From NCBI RefSeq assembly GCF_000300075.1, contig NC_018677.1, positions 60,001 through 92,000 on the forward strand: a stretch of 32,000 bases of DNA. The letters run 5' to 3'. The notes under the pieces are model-generated. The model was not told the DNA's origin and did no database searches. It saw only the letters and a program-made list of their open reading frames with translations. Made by a program: the position numbers and the translations under genes. Source of the DNA: Candidatus Saccharimonadota bacterium (GTDB taxonomy: Bacteria > Pseudomonadota > Gammaproteobacteria > Johnevansiales > Johnevansiaceae). Positions within the stretch are counted from its first letter, which is position 1; each line of letters begins with the position of its first letter. Positions 16,427 to 28,627 of this stretch are shown piece after piece.

Positions 16427-16771
16427 ATGAAAAAAAACAAGCAAAGCAAAAAAAAAGATTATTTAAAGTTGTTGTTTTCTATTCTGAATATATTAATTGC
16501 AATGTATTTATTAAAAAAAAATAAATATATATTTTTATGTTTGTATAGTTTGAGTTTATATTTAATGTTAGTTACTGTAAAAGGAAAAGAATTAAGAATT
16601 ATAGGAAAGATTGCAAAAAAAGAAATACAAAGTGTAGTGTGGCCAAAAAAAAAAGAAATAATAAAGACAACAAGCGTAGTTTTATTAATTATATTTATAA
16701 TAAGTATTATAATATGGACATTAGATACTTTAATTAGTGGATTAATAACAATTATGATAAATCAAAGCTAG
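16427..16771 (+). CDS. secE: Preprotein translocase subunit SecE
   Basis: 114 aa, hydrophobic. C-terminal EIQSVVWPKKKEIIKTTSVVLLIIFIISIIIW matches the conserved SecE TM3 region. Lies between tRNA-Trp and nusG. Confidence 0.9.
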   Translation: MKKNKQSKKKDYLKLLFSILNILIAMYLLKKNKYIFLCLYSLSLYLMLVTVKGKELRIIGKIAKKEIQSVVWPKKKEIIKTTSVVLLIIFIISIIIWTLDTLISGLITIMINQS

Positions 16772-16786
16772 TTAAAGGGAAAACAA

Positions 16787-17344
16787 GTGAAAAAAAGATG
16801 GTATGTTGTTAATATATATTCAGGTTATGAAAAACAAGTTATAAGTGATTTAAAAACTAGAATTAAAAGATATAAATTAGAAACAGCATTTGGAAAAATG
16901 ATAGTACCTTCAGAAACTTTGTTTGAAAAGATAATAGTACCTTCAGAAACTTTGTTTGAAAAGATATCAGGTAAAATACGTAAAAGTGACCGGCAATATT
17001 ATCCAGGATATATATTAGTAGAAATGGAATTAAATGATAAAACATGGAATTTAGTAAATGAAACAAAAAGAGTAGTTAGATTTATAGGATCAAATGTAAA
17101 AAAACCTGCCGTTATAAAAAAAAATGAATTTAAACAAATACTAAGTAATGTAAAAAAACATATAGATCAAAAACTTTTAAAATTAGGAGAAAGAATAAGA
17201 GTGCTAGAAGGTCCTTTTGCTGAGTTTACAGGTATTGTAGAAGAAATAAATTATGAAAAAAAGAAAGTTAAAATTAGTGTTTTAATTTTTGGCAGATCAA
17301 CTCCAGTAGAAATAGACTTTTATAAAGTAATTAAGGATATCTAA
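16787..17344 (+). CDS. nusG: Transcription termination/antitermination factor NusG, carrying an 11-aa internal tandem duplication
   Basis: 185 aa with a GTG start. [25 protein letters not shown], and KOW region [41 protein letters not shown]. Confidence 0.96.
   Translation: MKKRWYVVNIYSGYEKQVISDLKTRIKRYKLETAFGKMIVPSETLFEKIIVPSETLFEKISGKIRKSDRQYYPGYILVEMELNDKTWNLVNETKRVVRFIGSNVKKPAVIKKNEFKQILSNVKKHIDQKLLKLGERIRVLEGPFAEFTGIVEEINYEKKKVKISVLIFGRSTPVEIDFYKVIKDI
16901..16966 (+). repeat. Perfect 33-bp tandem duplication, in frame within nusG
   Basis: atagtaccttcagaaactttgtttgaaaagata at 16901-16933 and 16934-16966, identical. Encodes [11 protein letters not shown] twice. Confidence 0.97.
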
Positions 17345-17345
17345 A

Positions 17346-17783
17346 ATGATTGATAAAAAAAAAATAATAAATGTAGTTAAAATACAAGTAGAAGCAGGTA
17401 AAGCAAATCCTAGTCCACCAATAGGACCTATCTTAGGACAACAAGGAATAAATATAATGGAGTTTTGTAAGAAATTTAATTTAGAAACTCAACATATAGA
17501 AACTGGTATGCCAATTCCCGTAATAATAACGATATATTCAGATAGAAGTTTTACTTTTCGGATAAAAAATCCCCCTGTGTCAAGTTTATTAAAAAAAATC
17601 ATTGGTATAGAAAAAGGATCAAGTGAAAATAATAAAAAAAAAATAGGAAAAATAACAAATAAACAAATAAAAGAAATAGCAAAAACTAAAATGCATGATA
17701 TGAATGTAATAAAAATAAAATCAGCCATAAATTGTATAAAAGGTACAGCAAAAAGTATGGGTTTAGATATAATAGATGATTAA
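17346..17783 (+). CDS. rplK: 50S ribosomal protein L11
   Basis: 145 aa. [35 protein letters not shown] is canonical L11. Confidence 0.98.
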   Translation: MIDKKKIINVVKIQVEAGKANPSPPIGPILGQQGINIMEFCKKFNLETQHIETGMPIPVIITIYSDRSFTFRIKNPPVSSLLKKIIGIEKGSSENNKKKIGKITNKQIKEIAKTKMHDMNVIKIKSAINCIKGTAKSMGLDIIDD

Positions 17784-17803
17784 ATAAAACGAGGCAGGTA
17801 AAA

Positions 17804-18493
17804 ATGGGACCGTTTTCCAAAAGAAAAAAAATAATACAAAATAATATTAACAAACATCAAAACTATAAAATAAAGGAAGCGATAGAACAGTTAAAAAAAT
17901 ATAGTTTAGTAAATTTTGTTGAAACAGTAGAAGTTGTTATAAAATTAGGAAAAAAAAAAGTTTTAAATAAAGTAATAAAAAATACATTAAATATACCTTA
18001 TGGTTTAGAGACTAATAAAAAAAATATTGTGTTTGTAAAAACAAAGGAACTTAAAGAAAACGAAATAAAAAGTTTATTAAAGTTAGGTGTAGATACATTA
18101 AGTCTAGATGAAATCAACAACGCCAAAAACAAATATAAAATTCATTATATTTTATGTGAATCAAAAAGTGCAGATATATTAAGACAAGCACATTTAAAAG
18201 CAAAAGTATACATGATAAATAACGAAAATCTTACTAAAAATATTTTAAACAAAGTTAACGAAATAAAAAAAGGAAAAATCACTTATTGTGTAAATAAACA
18301 TGGTAGAATAAACACAGTTATAGGAAAAATAACTTTTTCGATAAAAGAAATTAAAAGAAATTTAAAGGCTTTAATAAAAGATGCTTTAATAAAAAAATCA
18401 GTATGCAATACAAGTAATATATCAGATATATATATATCGACAACAATGGGTCCAGCATTAAGGCTTGATAAATGTGAAGTTAGATTTTTGTGA
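17804..18493 (+). CDS. rplA: 50S ribosomal protein L1
   Basis: 229 aa. SKRKKIIQNNINKHQNYKIKEAIEQLKK...FVETVEVVIKLG parallels the E. coli L1 N-terminus. Operon position fits. Confidence 0.95.
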   Translation: MGPFSKRKKIIQNNINKHQNYKIKEAIEQLKKYSLVNFVETVEVVIKLGKKKVLNKVIKNTLNIPYGLETNKKNIVFVKTKELKENEIKSLLKLGVDTLSLDEINNAKNKYKIHYILCESKSADILRQAHLKAKVYMINNENLTKNILNKVNEIKKGKITYCVNKHGRINTVIGKITFSIKEIKRNLKALIKDALIKKSVCNTSNISDIYISTTMGPALRLDKCEVRFL

Positions 18494-18529
18494 TACTGGC
18501 ATACAATCACTCATAAAAGGAGTAAGAGT

Positions 18530-19030
18530 TTGAAAAAAAAAATAAAAAACAAAGCATTAATAATAAAAACAATAAATAAAAATATAATTGAATCAACATC
18601 AATTATGGTAGTAAACTATAAGTATATTAATTCAATAAATATGAATGTATTATATACAACAGCAAAAAAAAAAGATGTTAAGTTGTATGTTGTTAGAAAT
18701 AGATTACTTATCAAAGCAATAAAAGGAACAAAATATGAAGGTTTAAAGGATTATGTGCAAGGACAGATAATGCTATGTTTTTCTAAAAAAAATATAAATG
18801 ATAGTTTGGTGTTATGGAAAAAATTAAAATTAAAAGAAGAAAAAATAAAAACATTATTTTATGAAGGTAATTTAATAAAAACAGATAAAAGAATAATTTT
18901 AGGAAAAATAAACATATCTGATACAAAGAAAATATTGTTAAAAACAATGATAATGTTAAAGATAAATACAATAGGCAGATTAATATATATATTAATGCTT
19001 TTAATAGAAAAAAGGGAATTAGAAAAATGA
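18530..19030 (+). CDS. rplJ: 50S ribosomal protein L10
   Basis: 166 aa with a TTG start preceded by aaaggag. Position between rplA and rplL. 4-bp overlap (ATGA) with rplL. Confidence 0.9.
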   Translation: MKKKIKNKALIIKTINKNIIESTSIMVVNYKYINSINMNVLYTTAKKKDVKLYVVRNRLLIKAIKGTKYEGLKDYVQGQIMLCFSKKNINDSLVLWKKLKLKEEKIKTLFYEGNLIKTDKRIILGKINISDTKKILLKTMIMLKINTIGRLIYILMLLIEKRELEK

Positions 19031-19392
19031 ATAAAGAAGAGATTATAGAAATTTTATCTAAAATGAATGTATTAGAATTGATAGAGTTAGTGTCTGAAAT
19101 GGAAAAAAGATTTAAGATTAACAAAGATAATATATTTAATAATAACACTAATAATAATAATATTAAGAAAAAAGAGAAAAAGTTAGAATTTGATTTGATT
19201 TTAAAATCAATCGGTGAAAAAAAAATTGGCGTAATAAAAATTGTCCGTGAGATAACAGGATTAGGGTTAAAAGACGCTAAATTAAAAGTAGAAAGTGCAC
19301 CTGTAACTATAAAAGAAGCTTTAACTAAAGAGGATGCTGAAAAAAATAAAATAAAATTAGAAAGTGTTGGGGCAAAAGTAGAAATTAAGTAA
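19027..19392 (+). CDS. rplL: 50S ribosomal protein L7/L12
   Basis: 121 aa. The C-terminal domain [56 protein letters not shown] is canonical. Confidence 0.97.
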   Translation: MNKEEIIEILSKMNVLELIELVSEMEKRFKINKDNIFNNNTNNNNIKKKEKKLEFDLILKSIGEKKIGVIKIVREITGLGLKDAKLKVESAPVTIKEALTKEDAEKNKIKLESVGAKVEIK

Positions 19393-19469
19393 GCAAATAA
19401 AAATAAACACAATATAGTTATTAACTATAAATTTTGTAAATGTATAAGAAGTATAGGAGTGTATTATAG

Positions 19470-22400
19470 ATGGGTTCTTCATACACGAAAAAAACCAATA
19501 TTCGTAAAATTTTTGGTAAAATACCTCAGATAATGGAGGTACCTTATTTATTATCTATTCAAATAGAATCATATAAAAATTTTTTAAAAAAAAAAACAAA
19601 TATAGGAATAAACGCAGCATTAAATTCAATATTTCCTATAAAAAGTTTATCAGGAAAAGCATTATTAGAATACGTGGATTATAACTTAATGAAGCCAGTT
19701 TTTGATGTGAAAGAATGTAAAATAAGAGGTATGACATATTATTCTAATTTGCGTGTTAAAATGAGGTTAGTTATTTTTGATGAAATAGAAAAACAAAGAA
19801 TTATAAAATATGTAAAAGAGCAAGAAGTATATATGGGTGATATACCTTTAATAACAAAAACTGGTACATTTGTAATTAATGGAACAGAACGGGTAGTAGT
19901 ATCACAATTACATAGAAGTCCTGGTTTGTTTTTTGATAATGATCATAATAAAAATTATTCAATAGGCAAATTAATTGCTACTGCAAGAATAATACCTTAT
20001 CGTGGTTCTTGGTTTGATTTTGAGTTTGATCAACGTGATAATATTTTTGTACGAATAGATAGAAGAAAAAGAATCCCTGTAACAGTTCTATTACGCGCTT
20101 TAGGTTTAAATAATGAAAAAATATTAAATTTGTTTTTTGAAATAAATAGCTTTAAAATTGCAGAGAAAAATATTATTTATTGGGAAAATTTTAAGCCATA
20201 TAAAATAAGAGGGGACGTATCAAGTTTAAATATAGTAGATCCTAAATGTAAGAAAATTATAGTCGAAGAAGGTTGTAGAGTTAATAAAAATTTGGTTTTA
20301 AAATTAAACGAATTAAAAATAAAAAAAATAAAAGTACCAATAGAATATTTAATAGGAAAAATATTAGTTAATAAACAAGTTAATAAAATAACTAAAGAAG
20401 ACATATATAACAGTAATACAAAACTAAATTTAAAAAAAATAAACAAATTATTAAAAAATAAAGTAAAAAAAATAAATACAATATATACAAAGGATTTGGA
20501 TACAGGTTCGTTAATTTATGAAACTATAAAGGGTGATACAACAACAACTCAAATGGAGGCAATATTGGAGATATATAGTATTATGCGGCCAGGAGAACCA
20601 CCAAATAAAGATTCAGCAGAATTAATATTTAAAAGTTTTTTTTTGTCGCTTGAGAAATATAATCTGTCAGCAGTTGGTAGAATGAAAGTTAATAGTAGAC
20701 TAAATAAAAAAAATAAGAAAGGTAGTGGAATAGTAAATGCTGAAGATATAATAGATGTGACAAAAGAATTAATACAAATTAGAAATGGTTTTGGCGAAAT
20801 AGATGATATAGATCATTTAGGAAATAGACGTATTCGTAGTGTTGGAGAATTGGCAGCAAATAATTTTAAATCAGGATTATTGCGAGTTGAACAATCTATA
20901 AGAGAAAGGTTGTTGTTAACAGAATCTGATGAAAAACTAAGGCCTAAAGATCTAATAAATGTTAAACAAATCACAGCTGCAATGAAAGAGTTCTTTATTT
21001 CAAGTCAATTATCCCAGTTTATGGATCAAACAAATCCTTTAGCTGAAATTACTCATAAAAGAAGGATCTCAGCGTTAGGACCAGGGGGGTTAACACGAGA
21101 TAGAGCAGGATTTGAAGTGCGGGATGTACATTCAACTCATTATGGAAGGTTATGCCCTATAGAAACTCCAGAGGGACCAAATATAGGGTTAATAAATTCT
21201 TTGGCGACATATAGTAAAATAAATAAATATGGATTTTTAGAAACACCTTATAGAAGAGTAGAAAACAGGAAAGTTTCGAAGGAAGTTATAAAATTATCAG
21301 CAATAGAAGAAGCAGAATATGTGATAGCGCAAGCTTCGGTAAGAGTAAATAAAAACGAAGAATTAAAAGATGAATTAGTGCAAGTAAGAAGTAAAGGGGA
21401 AACTACTTTTATGCAAACAGATAAAGTAAATTTAATGGATGTTTCACCTTGTCAAATAGTTTCAATAGCGGCTGCTTTAATTCCATTTTTAGAACATGAT
21501 GATGCTAATAGAGCATTAATGGGCTCAAATATGCAAAGACAAGCAGTTCCAACATTAATAGCAGAAAAGCCATTAATAGGTACTGGGATGGAAAGAATAG
21601 TAGCAAAGGATTCAGGCGTTTGTATCAAGGCGAAACGTAGTGGTATTGTAGAAGTTGTAGATTCAAAAACAATTGTTATTCGTGTGAATGAAAATGCTTT
21701 AGATGGAAATGAATATTGTGTAGATTTATATAATTTAAATAAATATATGCGTTCAAATCAAAATACATGTCAAAATCAAAGAACAATAGTAAACGAAGGT
21801 GACATTATAGAAGTAGGAGATATTTTAGCAGATGGTACAGCCGTAGATACCGGAGAGTTGGCTTTAGGACAAAATATGAGAATAGCATTTATGCCTTGGA
21901 ATGGTTATAATTATGAAGATTCGATTATTATTTCAGAAAGAGTAGTTAGAGAGGATAGATTTACTACAATTCACATTCAAGAAGTAACATGTATATCACG
22001 CGATACTAAGTTAGGTCATGAAGAAATAACATCAGATATACCAAATGTAAGTGAAGCATCGTTAAGTAAATTAGATGAATCTGGCATTGTATATATTGGA
22101 GCGCAAATAAAAGCAGGAGATATTTTAGTAGGTAAAGTTACTCCAAAAGGGGAAAAAAAATTAACACCAGAAGAAAAATTGTTACGTGCTATATTTGGAG
22201 ACAAAGCATCAGAGGTTAAAGATACATCTTTACGGGCAACTACAGGTACTATAGGAACAGTTATAAATGTACAAATATTTACAAGAGATGGCATAAAAAA
22301 AGATTTAAGAGCAAGGGAAATAGAAAAAAGGAAGATAGAAGAAATAAGTAAGGATTTAAAAAAAGCATATCGTATAACAAAAGAAATAACAATAAAAAGA

Positions 22401-23537
22401 TTAAAAACAGTAATAACAGGTAAAGAAGCATTAAAAGGGCACAAAATACAGAAAGGTGAGATTGTAAATGATGAGTATTTTCAAAAAATAAAAAATACAA
22501 AACAATGGTATAAATTAAGAATGAAAGATGATCAGTTAAATAAAAAAATAAAAAAAACAAAAGAGCAAATAGAAAAACTACATGAAGAAAAGGAAAGGTA
22601 TTTTATAGAAAAAAAAAGAAAATTAATTCAAGGTGATGATTTAGCTCCAGGGATTTTAAAAGTTGTCAAAGTTTTTTTAGCGATAAAAAGAAAAATACAA
22701 CCAGGAGACAAAATGGCAGGACGACATGGAAATAAAGGAGTAATATCTGCTATTAAACCTATAGAAGATATGCCTTTTGATAAAAAAGGTGAACCAGTAG
22801 ATATAGTACTTAATCCATTAGGAGTTCCGTCACGTATGAACGTTGGACAAATTTTAGAAACACACCTTGGAATGGCGGCTCATATGTTAGGTATAAAAAT
22901 AAATATTTTGTTAAAAGAAAAAACAAAGGTAAAAGAAATAAGAATATTGATAAAAAAAATTTTTAATAGAATAGGATTTTGTAAACAAGAAAACTTAGAA
23001 CGTTTACAAGATGAGGACATAATTAGATTAGCGAATAAATTTTCAAAAGGAGTTCATTTAGCAACACCAGTTTTTGATGGAGCAACAGAAAAAGAAATAA
23101 AAGCATTGCTTAAATTATCAGGAGTTCATAAATCTGGACAAGTACCTTTATATGATGGCTGTACTGGAGAAAGGTTTGATAGAAAAGTAACAGTAGGTTA
23201 TATGTACATGTTTAAATTAAATCACTTGGTTGATGATAAAATGCATGCAAGGTCAACAGGCTCATATTCGTTAGTTACTCAACAACCATTAGGTGGAAAA
23301 GCTCAATTTGGAGGACAACGTTTTGGTGAAATGGAAGTATGGGCATTAGAAGCTTATGGTGCTGCATATACTTTACAAGAAATGTTAACAGTAAAATCAG
23401 ATGATATTGGAGGGCGCACAAAAATGTATAAAAGTATTGTTGATGGAGATTATACAATGCAGGCTAGTATGCCGGAATCATTTAATGTGTTAGTAAAAGA
23501 AATAAGATCATTAGGTATAGATGTAGAAAAAGAATAA
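19470..23537 (+). CDS. rpoB: DNA-directed RNA polymerase subunit beta
   Basis: 1355 aa. YSYTKK..IRK.FGK...VPYLLSIQ at the N-terminus, plus [59 protein letters not shown]. Confidence 0.99.
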   Translation: MGSSYTKKTNIRKIFGKIPQIMEVPYLLSIQIESYKNFLKKKTNIGINAALNSIFPIKSLSGKALLEYVDYNLMKPVFDVKECKIRGMTYYSNLRVKMRLVIFDEIEKQRIIKYVKEQEVYMGDIPLITKTGTFVINGTERVVVSQLHRSPGLFFDNDHNKNYSIGKLIATARIIPYRGSWFDFEFDQRDNIFVRIDRRKRIPVTVLLRALGLNNEKILNLFFEINSFKIAEKNIIYWENFKPYKIRGDVSSLNIVDPKCKKIIVEEGCRVNKNLVLKLNELKIKKIKVPIEYLIGKILVNKQVNKITKEDIYNSNTKLNLKKINKLLKNKVKKINTIYTKDLDTGSLIYETIKGDTTTTQMEAILEIYSIMRPGEPPNKDSAELIFKSFFLSLEKYNLSAVGRMKVNSRLNKKNKKGSGIVNAEDIIDVTKELIQIRNGFGEIDDIDHLGNRRIRSVGELAANNFKSGLLRVEQSIRERLLLTESDEKLRPKDLINVKQITAAMKEFFISSQLSQFMDQTNPLAEITHKRRISALGPGGLTRDRAGFEVRDVHSTHYGRLCPIETPEGPNIGLINSLATYSKINKYGFLETPYRRVENRKVSKEVIKLSAIEEAEYVIAQASVRVNKNEELKDELVQVRSKGETTFMQTDKVNLMDVSPCQIVSIAAALIPFLEHDDANRALMGSNMQRQAVPTLIAEKPLIGTGMERIVAKDSGVCIKAKRSGIVEVVDSKTIVIRVNENALDGNEYCVDLYNLNKYMRSNQNTCQNQRTIVNEGDIIEVGDILADGTAVDTGELALGQNMRIAFMPWNGYNYEDSIIISERVVREDRFTTIHIQEVTCISRDTKLGHEEITSDIPNVSEASLSKLDESGIVYIGAQIKAGDILVGKVTPKGEKKLTPEEKLLRAIFGDKASEVKDTSLRATTGTIGTVINVQIFTRDGIKKDLRAREIEKRKIEEISKDLKKAYRITKEITIKRLKTVITGKEALKGHKIQKGEIVNDEYFQKIKNTKQWYKLRMKDDQLNKKIKKTKEQIEKLHEEKERYFIEKKRKLIQGDDLAPGILKVVKVFLAIKRKIQPGDKMAGRHGNKGVISAIKPIEDMPFDKKGEPVDIVLNPLGVPSRMNVGQILETHLGMAAHMLGIKINILLKEKTKVKEIRILIKKIFNRIGFCKQENLERLQDEDIIRLANKFSKGVHLATPVFDGATEKEIKALLKLSGVHKSGQVPLYDGCTGERFDRKVTVGYMYMFKLNHLVDDKMHARSTGSYSLVTQQPLGGKAQFGGQRFGEMEVWALEAYGAAYTLQEMLTVKSDDIGGRTKMYKSIVDGDYTMQASMPESFNVLVKEIRSLGIDVEKE

Positions 23538-23578
23538 AAAAAAATAAATAAGTATTTGTTTGGGGGTGGTAAAACCGT

Positions 23579-26500
23579 ATGAAGGAGTTGGTAAAGAAAA
23601 TAAAATCAAAAACATATTATGAAGAGTTTGATGCAATAAAAATTTCATTAGCATCTCCAGAAAGGATACGATCATGGTCATATGGTGAGGTGAAAAAACC
23701 AGAAACAATTAATTATCGTACATTAAAACCTGAGAGAGATGGATTGTTTTGCGCAAAAATATTTGGTCCTATTAAAGATTATGAATGTATTTGTGGTAAA
23801 TATAAACGAATGAAACATAGAGGAATAATATGTGAAAAATGTGGCGTTGAGGTTACTAAAACATGTGTACGCAGAGAAAGAATGAGTCATATTGAATTAG
23901 CATCTCCTGTTGCCCATATATGGTTTTTAAAATCATTACCAAGTAGGATTGGCATTTTATTAGATATGACGTTAAGAGATATAGAAAGAATTTTATATTT
24001 TGAAGTCTTTGTAGTAATAGAACCAGGTATGACAAATTTAAAGAAAGGTCAATTATTAAATGAAGAAAAATATTTTGAAGCATTAGAAGAATATGGTGAT
24101 GAATTTAATGCAAGAATGGGTGCAGAAGCTATAAAGTTTTTGTTAGAAGACATAGAGTTAGTAGAACAACTAGAGAAAATCAGAAGCGAAATTAAACAAG
24201 TACATTCAGAAAATAAAATAAAAAAATTGACTAAACGGTTAAAATTAATAGAAGCATTAAAAATATCAGGAAATAAACCAAGTTGGATGATTTTAGAGGT
24301 TTTACCTATATTACCTCCAGATTTAAGACCTTTAGTACCATTGGATGGAGGTAGGTTTGCAACGTCAGATTTAAATGATTTATATAGGCGTGTTATCAAT
24401 AGAAATAATAGATTAAAAAGATTAATTGAATTAAAAGCTCCAGAAATCATTGTTCGCAATGAAAAAAGAATGTTACAAGAAGCAGTAGATGCATTGTTAG
24501 ATAACGGAAGAAGAGGAAGAGCAATTATAGGTTCAAACAAAAGACCGTTAAAATCATTAGCAGATATGATAAAAGGAAAACAGGGAAGATTTCGTCAAAA
24601 CTTATTAGGTAAACGTGTAGATTATTCAGGAAGGTCGGTAATTACAGTTTGTCCAAAATTAAGATTAAATCAATGTGGTTTACCTAAAAAAATGGCTATA
24701 GAATTATTTAAACCGTTTATATATTCAAAATTACAACGAAATGGATACGCAGCAACTATAAAAGCAGCAAAACTTTTGGTTGAAAAAGAAGTGCCAGAGG
24801 TCTGGGACATATTAGCTGATGTAATTTGTGAACATCCAGTTTTGTTGAATAGAGCCCCCACTTTACATAGATTGGGTATTCAAGCGTTTGAACCAATCTT
24901 GATAGAAGGTAAAGCAATACAATTACATCCATTGGTCTGTGCAGCTTATAATGCAGATTTTGACGGGGATCAAATGGCAGTGCATATACCTTTAACATTG
25001 GAATCACAATTAGAAGCTAGAGAATTAATGATGTCAACAAATAATTTATTATCTCCAGCAAATGGAGAACCTATAATTGTGCCTTCACAGGATGTAGTTT
25101 TAGGTCTATATTATATGACAAGGGAGACTTGTAATGGAATAGGTGAAGGGCTGATCTTTTCTAACATAAACGAAGTAGAAATAGCTTATAGCAATAAAAA
25201 AGTGGACTTACATTCTCGTATAAAGGTCCGTTTGACAGATTGGATAAAAGATGATAAACAAAAAGTAAGTACACAGACATCAATACGACATACGACTGTA
25301 GGTCGTGCTCTTTTATATGGTATGTTGCCAAATGGAATGAGTTTTGAATTAATAAATAGACCAATGAAAAAAAAAGTAATATCTAATTTGATTAATTTAG
25401 TTTATAGAAATATTGGATTAAAAAAAGCTGTGAACTTAGCAGATAAACTTATGTATACAGGTTTTAAACTAGCTACTTTGTCAGGTGCATCAATTGGCGT
25501 TAATGATTTTGTTATACCGACTGAAAAAGAACACATAATAAACAAAGCTGAAAAAGAAGTAAAAGAAATAGGTAAACAATATATTTATGGGCTTGTAACT
25601 TTAGGAGAAAAATATAATAAAGTTATAGAAATTTGGTCCAAAGCTAATGATAAAGTTGCAAAAGCTATGATGAATGGTATATCTAAATCAGTTGTGATAG
25701 ATAAATCTGGAAAAAAAGTTGAACAATATTCTTTTAATAGTGTTTTTATTATGGCTGATTCAGGATCCAGAGGAAGTGCAGCTCAAATTAGACAATTAGC
25801 AGGAATGCGTGGCTTGATGACAAAACCAGATGGGTCTATTATTGAAACGCCTATAACAGCAAACTTTCGTGAAGGATTAAATGTTCTACAATATTTTATA
25901 TCAACTCATGGTGCCAGAAAAGGCTTAGCAGATACAGCATTAAAAACAGCTAATTCAGGATATTTAACTAGAAGATTAGTAGACGTAGCACAAGATGTCG
26001 TGATCACAGAAATAGACTGTAATACACAAGAGGGTTTATTAATGTATTCAATTATAGAAGGAGGGGATATTATTATCTCAATCACTGAAAAAATTTTAGG
26101 TAGAATTTTAGCAAAAAATATTTTAGATTTAAAGGGGAGAATTTTAATTAAAGCAGGCACACTGTTAGATGAACTATGGTGTAAAAAAATTTATAGATTA
26201 GGAATAGACGAGGTTGTTGTACGTAGTATTATTAGATGTGCAACACAATATGGTGTTTGCGTTATGTGTTATGGTAGGGATTTATCAAGAGGGAAGTTAG
26301 TAAATATTGGTGAATCAGTAGGGGTAATAGCTGCGCAATCAATAGGCGAGCCAGGTACTCAATTAACTATGCGTACATTTCATATAGGTGGAGCAGCATC
26401 ACGAACGTTAATAAAAGATAATGTTCAAGTAAAATATGGTGGTATAATAAGATTTCATAATATGAAAGCAGTAGAACGAATTGATAAAAAGTTAATAGTT

Positions 26501-27697
26501 GTGTCTCGTTATTGTGCTATATATATAATAGACAAAAAGGGTAGAGAAAAAGAATACTATAGACTACCATATGGTGCAGAACTAAATATTAGAGAAGGAT
26601 GTTTTGTTGACGCAGGTACAACAGTAGCAAATTGGGACCCTCATACACATCCAATTATTTCAGAAATATCAGGTTATATAAAGTTTATCGATATTGAGGA
26701 AGGTTTGACGATGCATAGTACTGTGGATGAAATGACCGGTATCTCTTCGATAGAAATATTAGATTTAGGTATTAGACCCCTACTAGGAAGAAATAAAAGA
26801 CCAAGAATTATGTTACAAGATGAAACCGGAAAAGATATATCATTGCCTGGTTATAACACGCCTGTACAATATATTTTACCTGGTAATGCTTTGATTACAG
26901 TAGAAAATGGTAGAAAAATAGGCGTAGGGGAAACAATTTCAAGAATACCCGTAGAAGCATTAGGAAACAAAGACATAACTGGAGGGTTACCCCGTGTTGC
27001 AGAATTGGTAGAGGCAAGAAAGCCTAAAGAATATGCAATATTGGCAGAAATAACAGGTCAAATTTTATTTGGTAAGGAAACAAAAGGTAAACGGCGAATA
27101 ATAATAAATTCAGAAGAAACAGGTAAAAAAAAAGAAATATTAATTAATAAAGGCCGTCAAATATGCGTTTTTGAAGGGGATAAAGTAGAGAAAGGAGAAG
27201 TAATTTCTGATGGCCCAAGTAATCCACATGATATATTACGGTTGTTGGGTGTAGAGGAGTTATCAAAGTATATTATAAATGAGATACAAGAAGTTTATAG
27301 ATTACAGGGTGTTGGAATAAACGATAAACATATTGAAGTTATAATAAGGCAAATGTTACGTAAGGTAATAATAAAAGATTCAGGAGATAGTGAATTTATA
27401 AAAGGTGATCAAGTTGAAGTAGGATCAGTATTAGAAACAAATAGAAAGTTATATAAATTGAAAAAAAAAATAATTAGTTTTGAAAGAATATTATTAGGTA
27501 TTACTAAGTCATCGTTATCAACACCATCATTTATTTCAGCAGCATCATTTCAAGAAACAACACGTGTTTTAACAGAAGCAGCAGTTAAAGGCAGCTATGA
27601 TAAGTTAAGAGGTTTAAAAGAAAATGTCGTTGTGGGGAGATTAATTCCTGCAGGTACTGGTTTAGCATACCACAATGACCGTCGGAGAAAAATTTAG
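23579..27697 (+). CDS. rpoC: DNA-directed RNA polymerase subunit beta'
   Basis: 1372 aa. [34 protein letters not shown], Zn-finger [13 protein letters not shown], catalytic [12 protein letters not shown], and trigger-loop and C-terminal motifs. Confidence 0.99.
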   Translation: MKELVKKIKSKTYYEEFDAIKISLASPERIRSWSYGEVKKPETINYRTLKPERDGLFCAKIFGPIKDYECICGKYKRMKHRGIICEKCGVEVTKTCVRRERMSHIELASPVAHIWFLKSLPSRIGILLDMTLRDIERILYFEVFVVIEPGMTNLKKGQLLNEEKYFEALEEYGDEFNARMGAEAIKFLLEDIELVEQLEKIRSEIKQVHSENKIKKLTKRLKLIEALKISGNKPSWMILEVLPILPPDLRPLVPLDGGRFATSDLNDLYRRVINRNNRLKRLIELKAPEIIVRNEKRMLQEAVDALLDNGRRGRAIIGSNKRPLKSLADMIKGKQGRFRQNLLGKRVDYSGRSVITVCPKLRLNQCGLPKKMAIELFKPFIYSKLQRNGYAATIKAAKLLVEKEVPEVWDILADVICEHPVLLNRAPTLHRLGIQAFEPILIEGKAIQLHPLVCAAYNADFDGDQMAVHIPLTLESQLEARELMMSTNNLLSPANGEPIIVPSQDVVLGLYYMTRETCNGIGEGLIFSNINEVEIAYSNKKVDLHSRIKVRLTDWIKDDKQKVSTQTSIRHTTVGRALLYGMLPNGMSFELINRPMKKKVISNLINLVYRNIGLKKAVNLADKLMYTGFKLATLSGASIGVNDFVIPTEKEHIINKAEKEVKEIGKQYIYGLVTLGEKYNKVIEIWSKANDKVAKAMMNGISKSVVIDKSGKKVEQYSFNSVFIMADSGSRGSAAQIRQLAGMRGLMTKPDGSIIETPITANFREGLNVLQYFISTHGARKGLADTALKTANSGYLTRRLVDVAQDVVITEIDCNTQEGLLMYSIIEGGDIIISITEKILGRILAKNILDLKGRILIKAGTLLDELWCKKIYRLGIDEVVVRSIIRCATQYGVCVMCYGRDLSRGKLVNIGESVGVIAAQSIGEPGTQLTMRTFHIGGAASRTLIKDNVQVKYGGIIRFHNMKAVERIDKKLIVVSRYCAIYIIDKKGREKEYYRLPYGAELNIREGCFVDAGTTVANWDPHTHPIISEISGYIKFIDIEEGLTMHSTVDEMTGISSIEILDLGIRPLLGRNKRPRIMLQDETGKDISLPGYNTPVQYILPGNALITVENGRKIGVGETISRIPVEALGNKDITGGLPRVAELVEARKPKEYAILAEITGQILFGKETKGKRRIIINSEETGKKKEILINKGRQICVFEGDKVEKGEVISDGPSNPHDILRLLGVEELSKYIINEIQEVYRLQGVGINDKHIEVIIRQMLRKVIIKDSGDSEFIKGDQVEVGSVLETNRKLYKLKKKIISFERILLGITKSSLSTPSFISAASFQETTRVLTEAAVKGSYDKLRGLKENVVVGRLIPAGTGLAYHNDRRRKI

Positions 27698-27754
27698 CTA
27701 TTGTTTAACTGCCGACTGTTTACATAAATTAAATCATATTTTTATAAGACTATA

Positions 27755-28123
27755 ATGATAACAATAAATCAATTGATTAGAAACAAACGTAGAATAATTA
27801 AAACAAAAACCGATGTACCAGCATTACAATCTGGTCCACAAAAAAGAGGAGTTTGCACAAGAGTTTATACAACTACACCAAAAAAACCAAATTCAGCTTT
27901 AAGAAAAGTATGTAGGGTTAGATTAACTAATGGTTTTGAAGTAACATCTTATATAGGAGGGGAAGGCCATAATATACAAGAGCATTCTGTCGTTTTAATA
28001 CGAGGAGGCAGGGTAAAAGATTTGCCTGGTGTAAGATATCATACAATAAGAGGAGCATTAGATACATTTGGGGTAAAGAATAGAAAAACTTCACGATCAA
28101 AATATGGAACAAAACGAGGTTAA
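27755..28123 (+). CDS. rpsL: 30S ribosomal protein S12
   Basis: 122 aa. [46 protein letters not shown] is almost identical to E. coli S12. Confidence 0.99.
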   Translation: MITINQLIRNKRRIIKTKTDVPALQSGPQKRGVCTRVYTTTPKKPNSALRKVCRVRLTNGFEVTSYIGGEGHNIQEHSVVLIRGGRVKDLPGVRYHTIRGALDTFGVKNRKTSRSKYGTKRG

Positions 28124-28127
28124 AATA

Positions 28128-28601
28128 ATGTCAAGACGAAATATAGCCAGGAAAAGAGAAAAAAAAACAGATAATAGATTTAAAAGTGTAAGATTAGCTA
28201 AGTTTATAAATCATATAATGTTGAATGGAAAAAAAGAATTGGCAGAGAGAATAGTGTATGGTGCATTAAACAAAATAAATAAAGTTTTTAAAAAAAATAT
28301 AGCACTAAGTTTGTTTGAAAAAGCATTAGAGAGTATAAAGCCTATGGTAGAAGTTAAAACACGACGTATAGGTGGAGCGAATTATAATATTCCAGTAGAA
28401 ATTAGATCTGAAAGGAGAGATACATTAGCAATGAAATGGTTAGTTAAAGCATCAAGAGATAGACACTCAAAAAAAATGAAAATCAGATTGTATGAAGAAA
28501 TATTGGATGCAATAGAAGGTAAAGGTTTGGCTATTAAAAAAAAAGAAGAGATTCATAGGATGGCAGAAGCTAATAAAGCATTTGCACATTATAGGTTTTA
28601 A
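28128..28601 (+). CDS. rpsG: 30S ribosomal protein S7
   Basis: The track ORF begins at 28104, overlapping rpsL. The in-frame ATG at 28128 gives MSRRNIA..., matching the canonical MPRRRV start. The C-terminus [15 protein letters not shown] is canonical. Confidence 0.96.
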   Translation: MSRRNIARKREKKTDNRFKSVRLAKFINHIMLNGKKELAERIVYGALNKINKVFKKNIALSLFEKALESIKPMVEVKTRRIGGANYNIPVEIRSERRDTLAMKWLVKASRDRHSKKMKIRLYEEILDAIEGKGLAIKKKEEIHRMAEANKAFAHYRF

Positions 28602-28627
28602 AGAAAAAGTTATTAAGGAATAGTCTT

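Noticed and set aside
18783-19412. 209-aa minus-strand ORF antisense to rplJ and rplL
   Set aside because: It is a Leu/Phe/Ile/Ser low-complexity translation, typical of the antisense frame of Lys/Glu/Asn-rich genes. It overlaps two highly conserved ribosomal protein genes and has no recognisable motif.
19413-19429. Palindrome tatagtta-t-taactata between rplL and rpoB, as a possible attenuator or terminator
   Set aside because: It has a 1-nt spacer and all-A/T arms. A realistic hairpin would be about 6 weak base pairs with no following T-run. It cannot be told apart from chance in AT-rich DNA.
22016-24540. Several minus-strand ORFs inside rpoB and rpoC (22016-22444, 22279-22560, 24049-24540 and smaller ones)
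   Set aside because: All are antisense shadows of strongly conserved genes with biased low-complexity translations. The same applies to the other short antisense ORFs in hisZ, sufC, gnd, nusG, rplK, rplA, fusA and tuf.
28104-28127. Upstream ATG at 28104 for rpsG, overlapping rpsL by 20 nt
   Set aside because: The canonical S7 N-terminus (MxRR...) begins at the in-frame ATG at 28128, just after the rpsL stop.
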